Positions 46,677 to 55,714 of a stretch of DNA of 64,000 nucleotides are shown one piece after another. This DNA is from Acidobacteriaceae bacterium (GTDB lineage Bacteria; Acidobacteriota; Terriglobia; Terriglobales; Acidobacteriaceae), in the NCBI GenBank assembly GCA_027452125.1, contig DAIDGZ010000082.1, positions 26,828-90,827 on the forward strand. The letters run 5' to 3'. The stretch's first letter is position 1, and the number at the start of each line of letters is the position of its first letter. Both the position numbers and the translations under genes were made by a program. The notes under the pieces were generated by a model that saw only the letters and a list, made by a program, of their open reading frames with translations, did not search any database and was not told where the DNA came from.

Positions 46677-47954
46677 ATGTTTGCGCATCTTTTTCCCCTG
46701 TTGATCCAACCGGGTACGAATACTTCCCTTGCCGACTGGCAGATAGCCGCGGCATATGCTGTTTTTGCCGTGAGCTACATGGTTTTTGCCCTGGGTAAGT
46801 TTCCTGGGCTTCGTATCGACCGCCCGGGCATGGGAATCATCGGCGCCGTGCTTATGGTGGCTTTTGGCGTCATGAGCGCCCAGGGTGCCCTGCGCTGTAT
46901 CGACTTCGGTACGCTGGTGCTTCTGTTCTCCATGATGCTGGTGGTTGGCTGTCTGCGCCTTTCCGGATTCTTTGACTGGGTCACCAGTCAGATCGTAGTT
47001 CGGCTCAAGCCGCGGCATCTGCTGCCCACGATCATTTTCATTACCGGCATCCTCTCGGCACTCTTTGTGAATGACGTTATCTGCCTGGTGATGGTACCTT
47101 TTGCGCTGGCCGCTACGCGGCGCATGGGGCTCAAGCCTTTGCCTTATCTGCTGGCTGTGGCCACTGCGTCCAACATTGGTAGCGTGGCGACGATTACCGG
47201 TAATCCGCAGAATATGCTTATCGGGTCATTTTCCGGACTTAGTTATGGCTACTTTCTCAGCCGCCTGGGGCCTGTGGCGTTGATCGGTCTGGTCCTGGAC
47301 TGGATTCTGCTGGCATGGCTATGCCGGCCCGAGCATGTGGAGCGTGAAGCCGAGGAACTGCGCGCGATGGCTGTGCCCACCGTGACGATGCGCGAGCTAC
47401 GCAAACCGGCGATTGTGATAGCGATGGTGCTGGCAGGCTTCATCGGCGGCGTGCCACCGGCGATGATGGCAGCGCTCGGCGCCGCACTCATGCTCATCAC
47501 TCGGACGCAGAATCCACGTCAGGTCTACGACGAGGTGGACTGGGGACTACTGGTCTTCTTCGTGGGCCTGTTTCTGATTGTGGGCGGTGCGGAGAATGCC
47601 GGCCTGAACAGCGATTTGTTTGCCGTGGCGGCACGGTTGAATCTGCAAAACGCTGGGATTCTCACCTTGGTTTCAGCGGCACTCTCTAACATTGTCAGCA
47701 ACGTGCCCGCGGTGATGCTACTCAAGTCGCTGGTGCCGGGCTTCCACGATGCGCGCACCGGCTGGCTGGTGCTGGCCATGGCCAGCACGCTGGCTGGAAA
47801 TCTGACGATTACTGGTTCGGTGGCCAACCTGATCGTAGTGGAGAGGGCGCAAGGTGAGGTGCACATCGGCTTCTGGGATTACTCGCGTGTGGGGATTCCA
47901 GTGACGTTGTTGACGCTGGCTGTAGGCTCGGCCTGGATTGTCTGGATTCACTAG
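46677..47954 (+). CDS. ArsB/NhaD/SLC13-type anion transporter
   Basis: IDFGTL.LLF.MM, SNIGSVATITGNPQN, VDW.LL.FF, SNIVSNVP, STLAGNLT..GSVAN. Confidence 0.9.
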   Translation: MFAHLFPLLIQPGTNTSLADWQIAAAYAVFAVSYMVFALGKFPGLRIDRPGMGIIGAVLMVAFGVMSAQGALRCIDFGTLVLLFSMMLVVGCLRLSGFFDWVTSQIVVRLKPRHLLPTIIFITGILSALFVNDVICLVMVPFALAATRRMGLKPLPYLLAVATASNIGSVATITGNPQNMLIGSFSGLSYGYFLSRLGPVALIGLVLDWILLAWLCRPEHVEREAEELRAMAVPTVTMRELRKPAIVIAMVLAGFIGGVPPAMMAALGAALMLITRTQNPRQVYDEVDWGLLVFFVGLFLIVGGAENAGLNSDLFAVAARLNLQNAGILTLVSAALSNIVSNVPAVMLLKSLVPGFHDARTGWLVLAMASTLAGNLTITGSVANLIVVERAQGEVHIGFWDYSRVGIPVTLLTLAVGSAWIVWIH

Positions 47955-49846
47955 GCCGACGTGCTTGCTGATGCCGCAGATTTTTCCGTAACGGCCAAGC
48001 CTTCATCGTCAGGAATGAAGATCTCAAAGACGGTGCCGGAGATCTGACCTGCCTCGGGCCGGGCGTGCTCCGCTGGACGGCTGCGCACAAGGAACCTGCC
48101 ATGATGTTTGGCGATGATCTCCTGGCTGATCCACAGCCCAAGACCAGTGCCGGTGGCTTCCTTGGTAGTGAAGAACGCCTCGAAGATTCGATCTTTTACA
48201 TCCTTGGCCATGCCTGTTCCGCTGTCGGCCACGGTGAAGCGGATACCGGGCTGATCGTCGCCGCTCCAGTTGCGCGAGCGGTGGGCACGTACTGAGAGGC
48301 GGCCACCAGAAGCCATGGCATCCAGCGCGTTACCCACTAGATTGGCAATTACCTGGCGTATCTCTCCGGCAAAGCAGAAGACAGTCAATTCCGGATCGTA
48401 ATCACGCTCAACGTGGACGTTTTGTCCGTTGAGACGGCCCTGGTAGAGGCTGAGCACGGAATCGAGCAGGTCAGCCATGCGTGCCCGTGTGGGCAGCGTG
48501 GACTGGCGATAGAAACGCAGCGTCTGCTGGGTGATCTCTGCGATCCGTCGTACCTCGTACTCTGCCATGGCCACGTAGTTTTGGGCGGAGTTGTCGAGCT
48601 TGCTGAAGTTGCGGAGCAGGAAGATGAGGTTGGTGATGGCTTCCAGAGGGTTATTGATTTCGTGTGCGATGGAGGCGGCTAGCCGTCCGGTCACCGCCAG
48701 CTTTTCGGCTTTGCGCAGAGCTTCCTCGCTTAATTTGCGTTCGGTTGCGTCCAGTGCAATGACCCCCACCCAGCGTACCTGGTGCGAGGTGGTACGCACC
48801 GGGTACGCGCTCACCAGCCAAGTCCAGGGACGCCCCAGGCGATGACCGCCTCCGCTCAGTTCGAGGTTACGGACGGGCGCTTCTTCGGTAAAGACGCGCA
48901 TCACGGTAGACTCCAGGGCCTGTGCGGCGGGCAGTGGCAGCAGATCGGGCAGGGTGCGACCCAGGTGGCTGCTCAGTGCCTGGCCAGTCATCTCCGCAAA
49001 GACGCGATTGACGCGTACGATACGGCAGTTGGCATCGAAGAAGGTGAGCCCGATTGGCGCGTTGGCCAGCATAGAGTCCAGCAATGAGAGTGTGTCGTTC
49101 AGGCCCTCTCGTTGCTCTGCGAGAGACGCGACCATGCGGTTGAAAGTCTCAATCAGATCGCCGACCTCGTTTTCCACGGTGACTGGCAAGGGAAAGTTGT
49201 TGCCGCTTTCCGGGCCGCCCATCAAGGCACGGGTTCCGCGATGCAAAATTGCCAGCGGCTTGGTAATGGATTTGGCGGTAAGCAGGACCAGTAGAACTGA
49301 AGCAATGATCCATATGATGCCGAAGACGATGGTGCCGTGGAGAACGGTGATCAACTGCTCGTTGGTCCAGGACTGGTCGTCTTCAACCCAGACGTAGCCC
49401 AGGAGATTTCCATCGGCATAGATGGCCTGCACGCATTCCTTGGAACCCTCGGCACCATTGAAGAAGTGCGGCTGGCGATCATGGATGCGCCGAATCTGCG
49501 CGCGTTCGATTATTTCGAGGTTAGAACTTTCGGGCTTGCCCTGGCTTGTGAAGAGCATGTTCCCCGCAGGATCAGTAATCCGGGCCATGGCCACGTCAGG
49601 CGCGGCACCCACCATCCGTACAGAGAGCCGTGCCAGGTCTGGCCGTCCTGCCTGCAGCGCATCACGCGTCTCCACAGCCAGCGAGGCAGCGTGGTGCGTG
49701 AGCCGCTGCAGCACGTGCTGGTAGACTTCGCGCGTCTGCTGCTGAATAAGCAGCACGGCGTAGAGACCGAGGGAGAGCGCTTCAAGCAGGACCAGCCCGG
49801 CCAGCATCTGCGAGCGAATCGACCGCGGCCACCAGCGTATACGCAT
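47951..49846 (-). CDS. Membrane sensor histidine kinase (HAMP-PAS-HisKA-HATPase)
   Basis: IAHEINNPL, QVIANLVGNALDA, DSGTGM, FFTTK..GTGLGL. Confidence 0.95.
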   Translation of the reverse strand: MRIRWWPRSIRSQMLAGLVLLEALSLGLYAVLLIQQQTREVYQHVLQRLTHHAASLAVETRDALQAGRPDLARLSVRMVGAAPDVAMARITDPAGNMLFTSQGKPESSNLEIIERAQIRRIHDRQPHFFNGAEGSKECVQAIYADGNLLGYVWVEDDQSWTNEQLITVLHGTIVFGIIWIIASVLLVLLTAKSITKPLAILHRGTRALMGGPESGNNFPLPVTVENEVGDLIETFNRMVASLAEQREGLNDTLSLLDSMLANAPIGLTFFDANCRIVRVNRVFAEMTGQALSSHLGRTLPDLLPLPAAQALESTVMRVFTEEAPVRNLELSGGGHRLGRPWTWLVSAYPVRTTSHQVRWVGVIALDATERKLSEEALRKAEKLAVTGRLAASIAHEINNPLEAITNLIFLLRNFSKLDNSAQNYVAMAEYEVRRIAEITQQTLRFYRQSTLPTRARMADLLDSVLSLYQGRLNGQNVHVERDYDPELTVFCFAGEIRQVIANLVGNALDAMASGGRLSVRAHRSRNWSGDDQPGIRFTVADSGTGMAKDVKDRIFEAFFTTKEATGTGLGLWISQEIIAKHHGRFLVRSRPAEHARPEAGQISGTVFEIFIPDDEGLAVTEKSAASASTSA

Positions 49847-49875
49847 TGCCTGGCTCTCCTGGGATGGACTGTGCC

Positions 49876-50919
49876 TCAGTGTACCGGATTGCTCTGGATG
49901 CGGGCCTGTGCGGTGCGGCTGGACTCGAGTGCGGCGGCAATCTGGCGGCCGTGGAATCGGCCATTTTCAATGAAGATTTCGTTGGTGCGGGAACCGGCTA
50001 CGATGACCCCGGCCAGGTAGATGCCGGGTACATTGCTCTCCAGAGTCTCGGCATTGCACTCCGGCAGGCGGTCTTCGCCAGCGAAGCGGACGCCGAGTTT
50101 TTCCAGGAAGCTGAAGTCGGGGTGGTAGCCGGTCATGGCAAAGACGAAGTCATTGTTGAGGATCTCGCGGCCGGCGGGTGTTTCCAGCACCAGGGTGTCT
50201 GGTGTGATCTCAGCCACGCGGGTCTCAAAGTAGGCTTTGATCTCTCCGGCCTTGATGCGGTTCTCGATGTCTGGCTTGATCCAGTACTTTACATGGCGGT
50301 GCAGCTCTGCGCCGCGGTGGATCAGGGTGACGCGGGCGCCGTGCCGCCACAGCTCCAGGGCCGCGATGGCGGCGGAGTTTTTGCCGCCGATGACGGCGAT
50401 GTCCAGGCCGTAGTACGGGTGAGGATCGTTGTAGTAGTGGCGGACTTTGCTGAGATTTTCCCCGGGGACCCCCATCCAGTTGGGCAGGTCGTAGTAGCCG
50501 GTGGCGATGGCCAGCTTGCGGGCGTGCATGGCGCCGGCGCGGCCAAAGCGGTCCACTGTGTGCACGGTGAAGTTGCCGTCGGCCCCGGTTACCTTCTCCA
50601 CGCGGTGGTACTGGCGGACGTCGAGCTTGTAGAAGGCGGCTACCTGGCGGTAGTACTCCAGCGCCTCATTGCGGGTAGGCTTGGCGTTGACGCTGGGAAA
50701 GGGAATGCCGCCGATTTCCAGCAGCTCCGAGGTGGTGAAAAACGTCATGTGCGCCGGGTAATGGAAGAGCGAGTTGCACAGGCAGCCTTTTTCCACCAGC
50801 ACGGTCCTGAAGCCGGATTTTTGGGCTTCGATGGCGCAGGCCAGGCCGGTCGGTCCGGCGCCGATTACCAGGAAATCAAAGACTTCAGTGTGTGCGGGGT
50901 GCAAGCTTGAGTCTTCCAT
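49876..50919 (-). CDS. ypdA: YpdA family putative bacillithiol disulfide reductase
   Basis: GAGPTG, YP..MTFF, EALEYY, ATGYYD.PN, GGKNSA, VKYWIKPDIENRI, IFIENGRFH. Confidence 0.9.
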   Translation of the reverse strand: MEDSSLHPAHTEVFDFLVIGAGPTGLACAIEAQKSGFRTVLVEKGCLCNSLFHYPAHMTFFTTSELLEIGGIPFPSVNAKPTRNEALEYYRQVAAFYKLDVRQYHRVEKVTGADGNFTVHTVDRFGRAGAMHARKLAIATGYYDLPNWMGVPGENLSKVRHYYNDPHPYYGLDIAVIGGKNSAAIAALELWRHGARVTLIHRGAELHRHVKYWIKPDIENRIKAGEIKAYFETRVAEITPDTLVLETPAGREILNNDFVFAMTGYHPDFSFLEKLGVRFAGEDRLPECNAETLESNVPGIYLAGVIVAGSRTNEIFIENGRFHGRQIAAALESSRTAQARIQSNPVH

Positions 50920-50982
50920 GCTTCCAGCTTAGGCCATGGACCTGGATTTGGACATGCAGGCAGTTTCATGGGGCGGAAACAG

Positions 50983-51192
50983 GCGGAATGCTGGAGCTCT
51001 GCGGCAGGAAGGCAGACGGCAATGGAGCTGAGCAAGAAGAGCGAGGAGGCCGGGCGGCTGGCGCGGGAGATGCGCGAGCCGATTCTCTTCAAGCGCGACG
51101 GCTGTGGGCATGCCGATTTGCGAAGCGCGGCGCAGGGGGGGAGGGGTGGGTGTGTTTTTTGCCGTTTTTCTGGTTGGGGTTGGCTGGGTTAA
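50983..51192 (+). pseudogene. Collapsed, diverged vapB-vapC copy (in-frame fusion of VapB N-terminus and VapC C-terminus)
   Basis: MELSKKSEEAGRLARE matches Vap[17 protein letters not shown]; AREMREPILFKRDGCGHADLRSA matches Vap[24 protein letters not shown]. Confidence 0.8.
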
Positions 51193-51569
51193 ATTGTTGT
51201 GCGCGATGGGGTTAGGTCCGGTGGCCGACGGCCTGAACTGCACTGAAAAAGCCGTGCATTTATGCAGAAAAACGCGCTTTTTATCGAGGAAAAGTGCTGC
51301 TTTTTGAGCAGGTTAAGCGTATGGACGGCGGCGGCGGCGCGGGAGGTATTGGGCATGGTGTGTACAGGATAGGAGAAAGCGGGGAAATTATCTGCAAACT
51401 GCGGGCAGATTTCATTTTTGACCTCAAATGCCTTTGAATCAGGGCAGTACGCGCGGCCCAGGGCACTAGACGGGCAGGGTGAGTTCTGTGCTTTCCTTTT
51501 TGCCCGTCCAGCGGGCGCTCTGCGAGGTTGGTTGAATGATAGAATTTAAAGGTAGAAAGGTAGAAATCG

Positions 51570-51830
51570 ATGGCATTGAGCATCAAAAACGAAGAGGCCG
51601 AGAGGATGGCGCGGGAGCTGGCCCGCCGGAATGGCGAGACGGTGACGCTCGCTGTGATGGTTGCGCTGCGGGAGCGGCTGGAGCGGGTTGAGAAGGCCGC
51701 GGCACGGCAGAGCCGCATGGAATGGTTGAAGGAGATTACGAAGGAGACCGCGGCCATCATGAACGATGGTCGTAGCTCCAAAGAACTGATGGATGAGCTT
51801 TACGACGAAGAAACGGGGTTGCCCAAATGA
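51570..51830 (+). CDS. vapB: Type II antitoxin VapB (Rv0623-like)
   Basis: [16 protein letters not shown]...GE.VT.AV..ALRERL, C-terminal [10 protein letters not shown]; ATGA overlap with vapC. Confidence 0.92.
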   Translation: MALSIKNEEAERMARELARRNGETVTLAVMVALRERLERVEKAAARQSRMEWLKEITKETAAIMNDGRSSKELMDELYDEETGLPK

Positions 51831-52228
51831 TCGTCGATACATCGGTCCTGGTCGCAATTTTGAAAGAAGAGACAGGATGGGAGGCGTACGCGGAGAGGCT
51901 GAACGCCGCGGATGCCGCGTGCATCTCGGCGGCAACGTATGTTGAGCTTTCCATCGTTGTGGATCGCTGGGGGAATCCGGTCCTGAGCAACCGCATCGAC
52001 GAATTGCTCGCGCGGTTCGACGTCCAGATTGAGCCGGTGACGGCGGAGCAGGCGCGGCTTGCGCGGCAGGCTTACCGCGACTATGGGCGGGGCAGCGGGC
52101 ATGCGGCGAATCTGAATTTTGGCGACTGCTTCAGCTACGCGCTGGCGCGGGAGAAGCGCGAGCCGATTCTCTTCAAGGGCGACGATTTTGGGCACACCGA
52201 TCTGCGGAGCGCGGTATTTAGCTTCTAG
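51827..52228 (+). CDS. vapC: Type II toxin VapC (PIN ribonuclease)
   Basis: [33 protein letters not shown]. Confidence 0.96.
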   Translation: MIVDTSVLVAILKEETGWEAYAERLNAADAACISAATYVELSIVVDRWGNPVLSNRIDELLARFDVQIEPVTAEQARLARQAYRDYGRGSGHAANLNFGDCFSYALAREKREPILFKGDDFGHTDLRSAVFSF

Positions 52229-52263
52229 CTTCTAGCTTTGTGGCGCTGGTGCAGGCGGCTGAG

Positions 52264-52310
52264 GTCTCCCATCCATTTCGCGATGAGGCTGTGAAATGGA
52301 TGGGGCGCTC
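52264..52310. repeat. REP-like palindrome 1
   Basis: CCCATCCATTTCGC, 9-nt loop, GTGAAATGGATGGG, then GCGC. Confidence 0.6.
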
Positions 52311-52384
52311 GGCACCCAGCAATTGATGTCACTCAAGTGACGGTCTCCAGCAAGCGGCTTGACGTCACCCAGGAAAATAGATTG

Positions 52385-52443
52385 TTGACAAGCCGAGGAT
52401 GCGGATGTACAGTCGTTGGCAGATATATCGTTGATCGATATAT
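52385..52443 (+). promoter_or_regulatory. padR promoter and palindromic operator
   Basis: TTGACA-N17-TACAGT (52385-52413); perfect inverted repeat ATATATCG-N5-CGATATAT (52423-52443). Confidence 0.8.
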
Positions 52444-52457
52444 GAAGGATGCCGGAT

Positions 52458-52808
52458 ATGCCAAAGCGAAAGTTCACCCCCTTGTCTTCCTCTGCGTTTC
52501 AGATCCTACTTTCGTTGGCGGATTGCGATCTGCACGGCTACGGTATTATGCGGCAGGTTGAGGGGCAGACCGGCGGCCGCGTGCGGCTTGGGCCCGGGAC
52601 GCTTTACAGCTCGATTCAGGCGCTGCTTGAAGAAGGATTGATCGAAGAAGTCGATCACCCCGGAGAGCCGCAGCCTGGTCATGAGCGGCGCCGCTATTAT
52701 AGGCTGACCTCGGCAGGACGAAAAGTGGCTTGCGCCGAGGCGGAACGACTCGCCGAGATTTTGCGGGTAGCACGCGCCAAGAAAATCCTGAGGGGGGAAT
52801 ATGTTTGA
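52458..52808 (+). CDS. PadR family transcriptional regulator
   Basis: ILLSL....HGYGIM..V, GPGTLY..I..L...GLI, RRYYRLT..GR. Start is ATG 52449 or 52458. Confidence 0.95.
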   Translation: MPKRKFTPLSSSAFQILLSLADCDLHGYGIMRQVEGQTGGRVRLGPGTLYSSIQALLEEGLIEEVDHPGEPQPGHERRRYYRLTSAGRKVACAEAERLAEILRVARAKKILRGEYV

Positions 52809-53781
52809 GCGGCTCTTTGTCTGTCTCCTGCGCTTCTATCCCTCGCGGTTCCTGAGGGACTATCAGGGTGAGGCGCGGCAATTGTTGCGGGACCGCTTTC
52901 GGGACGAAACCGGCCTACTAGGCAGATTGCGTCTCTGTCTCGATCTCATCCTCGATCTCTCAGTCAGTCTTCCTCAAGCCTATTGGACAACTTCGAAGGC
53001 GCCTGCCACGGCTCCCGTTCTTCGCCAGCATGTCGAGGGCACTCCTTCTTTCCGTCTGCTTACAGAGGAGAAGACGCACCTTGGACTCTTCCTGGTTGGG
53101 AGCCTAGTTACCCTGACCGGGCTGAGCTTGTTTTCATTCGTCCTCAGTCACGAGCCTCCAATGGGGTCTAGTTCCGGCCAGAACAATCAGATATCACCGA
53201 TTGAGGCCGTTATCCAGCGGCTCAACCAACCGCTTACAGCAAGCGAAACTTTACTGCGACAGCAGGTAATGACCAGCAACCAAACCAAGGAACTGGTTCC
53301 GCCGCAGGCAACGGCCTCTCCGCTTCCGCTCGCGGACAAGGCACTCCCTCGCTCGCAAAATGGGGTCGAAATCAGTGTGCAGCAGCGCCGGGGATACGTG
53401 GTTGCTCACGGGGTTCACAGCGGCATCGGCCCGCCCCTTGACGGGATGAGAGATATCGTTCCGAGCGCGTGGCAAGGAACGCTCAACGATCCACAGCAGA
53501 AGCGGCGCATATTCTTCGAAATCAGCGAGCTACGTACAGGCGAACTCACGGTTTTGTTCGAGAGTGCAGGGAAGGGAAAGCAGTTCGCCAAAGCCGGATC
53601 AGCGAGCTTTCAGGATGGCGTTCTGCAATTCACAATTCACTCAATCGGCGCAACGTACAAAGGTAAGATGGCTGGCGATGGCATGTCGATTGCAGGGACT
53701 TGGGAGCAGGGTACAGTTTCCTACCCTCTGCTGTTCAGCCGAGTCCTGCCGCGCACTCCGCTTCAACCGGCTGCGCACTGA
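52801..53781 (+). CDS. PadR-associated single-pass membrane protein with C-terminal beta-rich domain
   Basis: LLRFYP..F..DY..E...L.RD N-terminus, one TM (LGLFLVG..FSFVL), C-terminal WQGTL..ATYKGK..G..IAGTWEQG..YPL.F.R; overlaps padR by 8 nt. Confidence 0.75.
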   Translation: MFERLFVCLLRFYPSRFLRDYQGEARQLLRDRFRDETGLLGRLRLCLDLILDLSVSLPQAYWTTSKAPATAPVLRQHVEGTPSFRLLTEEKTHLGLFLVGSLVTLTGLSLFSFVLSHEPPMGSSSGQNNQISPIEAVIQRLNQPLTASETLLRQQVMTSNQTKELVPPQATASPLPLADKALPRSQNGVEISVQQRRGYVVAHGVHSGIGPPLDGMRDIVPSAWQGTLNDPQQKRRIFFEISELRTGELTVLFESAGKGKQFAKAGSASFQDGVLQFTIHSIGATYKGKMAGDGMSIAGTWEQGTVSYPLLFSRVLPRTPLQPAAH

Positions 53782-53881
53782 GTCGCAGGCAGTTCCGCAT
53801 TTAGAAGGCAGCATGCATCCGGCGCCCGCAGTCTTTTGCGGAGCTGGATAGAGGTCCGCTCAGGGCAGGTTGAGTTCCGTG

Positions 53882-53920
53882 GTATCCCAGGTGCCCAACG
53901 GCGAGGCACCTGGGGCAGCC
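53882..53920. repeat. REP-like palindrome 2
   Basis: CCCAGGTGCC, 9-nt loop, GGCACCTGGG, then GCAGCC. Confidence 0.6.
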
Positions 53921-54030
53921 ATCCTTTGTGGGCGAACTTAATCCACCCGGCGCACGGGCAGCAGGCATTCCTGCGCGAGGGGCCTCGCATCCATTACCCT
54001 AGAAGCGTTCGAACTTCAGAGGAGCATTTT

Positions 54031-55557
54031 ATGACTGCCATACTTCAGGAAGATTTTATTGCCAGCGTTGCGGGCGCTTTGCAGTACATCAGCTACTACC
54101 ACCCGGTGGACTACATTACGAGCCTGGCCAAGGCGTACGAGCGGGAGCAGTCGCCGGCGGCCAAGGATGCGATTGCGCAGATTCTGATCAACAGCCGCAT
54201 GTGCGCGGAGGGGCACAGGCCCATCTGCCAGGACACGGGCATTGTGACCGCCTTCCTGAAGGTGGGCATGGATGCGCGCTTTGAGGCCGCGCCGGGCGAG
54301 GAGCGGATGGACGTGCAGCAGATGGTGGACGAGGGGGTGCGGCGGGCGTATCTGGACCCGGACAACAAGCTGCGGGCGTCGATTCTGTCCGATCCGGCGG
54401 GAGCGCGGAAGAATACCAAGGACAACACGCCGGCGGTGGTGAGCGTGGAGCTGGTGAAGGGCGACACGGTGGAGATCACGGTGGCGGCGAAGGGCGGCGG
54501 GTCGGAGGCGAAGTCGAAGTTTGCGATGCTGAACCCGTCGGACTCGATTGTGGAGTGGGTGCTGAAGACGGTGCCGACGATGGGGGCGGGGTGGTGTCCG
54601 CCGGGGATGCTGGGGATTGGGATTGGCGGCACGGCGGAGAAGGCGATGCTGCTGGCCAAAGCGTCGCTGATGGACCCCATCGACATTCAGGAGCTGATTG
54701 CGCGCGGTCCGCAGACCACGGCGGAGAAGCTGCGGGTGGAGCTGTATGAGAAGGTGAACCGGCTGGGCATTGGGGCACAGGGGCTGGGCGGGCTGACGAC
54801 GGTGCTGGACGTGAAGGTGCTCGACTACCCGACGCATGCGGCCAACCTGCCGGTGGCGATGATTCCCAACTGCGCGGCGACGCGGCATGCGCACCTGGTG
54901 CTGGATGGGTCAGGGCCGGTGTTTCTGGATCCGCCGGACCTGAAGGACTGGCCGACGCTGACCTATGACGTGAGCGGCGCGCGGCGGGTGAACCTGGACA
55001 CGGTGACGCGCGAAGAGGCGGCGACGTGGAAGCCGGGCGAGGTGCTGCTGCTGACGGGCAAGCTGCTGACGGGACGCGATGCGGCGCACAAGCGCATGAC
55101 GGACATGCTGAATCGCGGCGAGAAGCTGCCGGTGGAGTTCAAGGACAGGTTCATCTACTACGTGGGGCCGGTGGACCCGGTGCGCGAAGAGGTGGTGGGG
55201 CCGGCGGGACCGACGACGGCGACGCGGATGGACAAGTTCACGCGGCAGATGCTGGCGGAGACGGGTCTGCTGGGCATGGTGGGCAAGGCGGAACGCGGGC
55301 CGGTGGCGATTGAGGCGATCAAGGAGTTTGGCGCGGTGTACCTGATGGCGGTAGGCGGCGCGGCTTACCTGGTGTCAAAGGCCATTCACGGGTCGCGGCT
55401 GGTGGCGTTTGGCGACCTGGGGATGGAGGCCATCTACGAATTCGACGTGAAGGATATGCCGGTGACGGTGGCGGTGGACGCGAAGGGGACGAGCGTGCAC
55501 CAGACGGGTCCGGCGGAGTGGCAGCAGCGGATTGCGGGGATTCCGATTTTGTCGTAG
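54031..55557 (+). CDS. fumA: Class I (Fe-S) fumarate hydratase
   Basis: RPICQDTG, AKGGGSE, GWCPPG, NCAATRH, GRDAAHKR, GPTTATRMD; GAGGAG RBS. Confidence 0.95.
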   Translation: MTAILQEDFIASVAGALQYISYYHPVDYITSLAKAYEREQSPAAKDAIAQILINSRMCAEGHRPICQDTGIVTAFLKVGMDARFEAAPGEERMDVQQMVDEGVRRAYLDPDNKLRASILSDPAGARKNTKDNTPAVVSVELVKGDTVEITVAAKGGGSEAKSKFAMLNPSDSIVEWVLKTVPTMGAGWCPPGMLGIGIGGTAEKAMLLAKASLMDPIDIQELIARGPQTTAEKLRVELYEKVNRLGIGAQGLGGLTTVLDVKVLDYPTHAANLPVAMIPNCAATRHAHLVLDGSGPVFLDPPDLKDWPTLTYDVSGARRVNLDTVTREEAATWKPGEVLLLTGKLLTGRDAAHKRMTDMLNRGEKLPVEFKDRFIYYVGPVDPVREEVVGPAGPTTATRMDKFTRQMLAETGLLGMVGKAERGPVAIEAIKEFGAVYLMAVGGAAYLVSKAIHGSRLVAFGDLGMEAIYEFDVKDMPVTVAVDAKGTSVHQTGPAEWQQRIAGIPILS

Positions 55558-55560
55558 CTA

Positions 55561-55608
55561 GTTAGCGGGTTCGCGAGTTCGCGAGTTAGCAAGTTGGCGG
55601 GTTGGCGA
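55561..55608. repeat. Six degenerate 8-bp tandem repeats GTTNGCRR
   Basis: GTTAGCGG GTTCGCGA GTTCGCGA GTTAGCAA GTTGGCGG GTTGGCGA, right after the fumarase stop. Confidence 0.8.
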
Positions 55609-55714
55609 GTGCGCTTGCTGAGGGTGGGGGATCGCATGCATTGCGCGGTGAGATGTGCAATGCATGCGATGCCTGCGTGTGGCAGAAGTGCCGACGGATG
55701 GCTTTGATCTGTTT

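Noticed and set aside
51130-51540. Low-complexity G/T- and A-rich spacer with a TAA-N19-TTA segment suggestive of a recombination site
   Set aside because: Too degenerate to support, and no recombinase gene in the window.
53836-54030. N-terminal extension of fumarase in the ORF track (likewise uppP, AKR, GH29 and OMP extensions)
   Set aside because: It reads through a REP-like hairpin; the RBS and homology start at ATG 54031.
55561-55608. CRISPR array
   Set aside because: The units are 8 bp with no spacers, and there are no cas genes.
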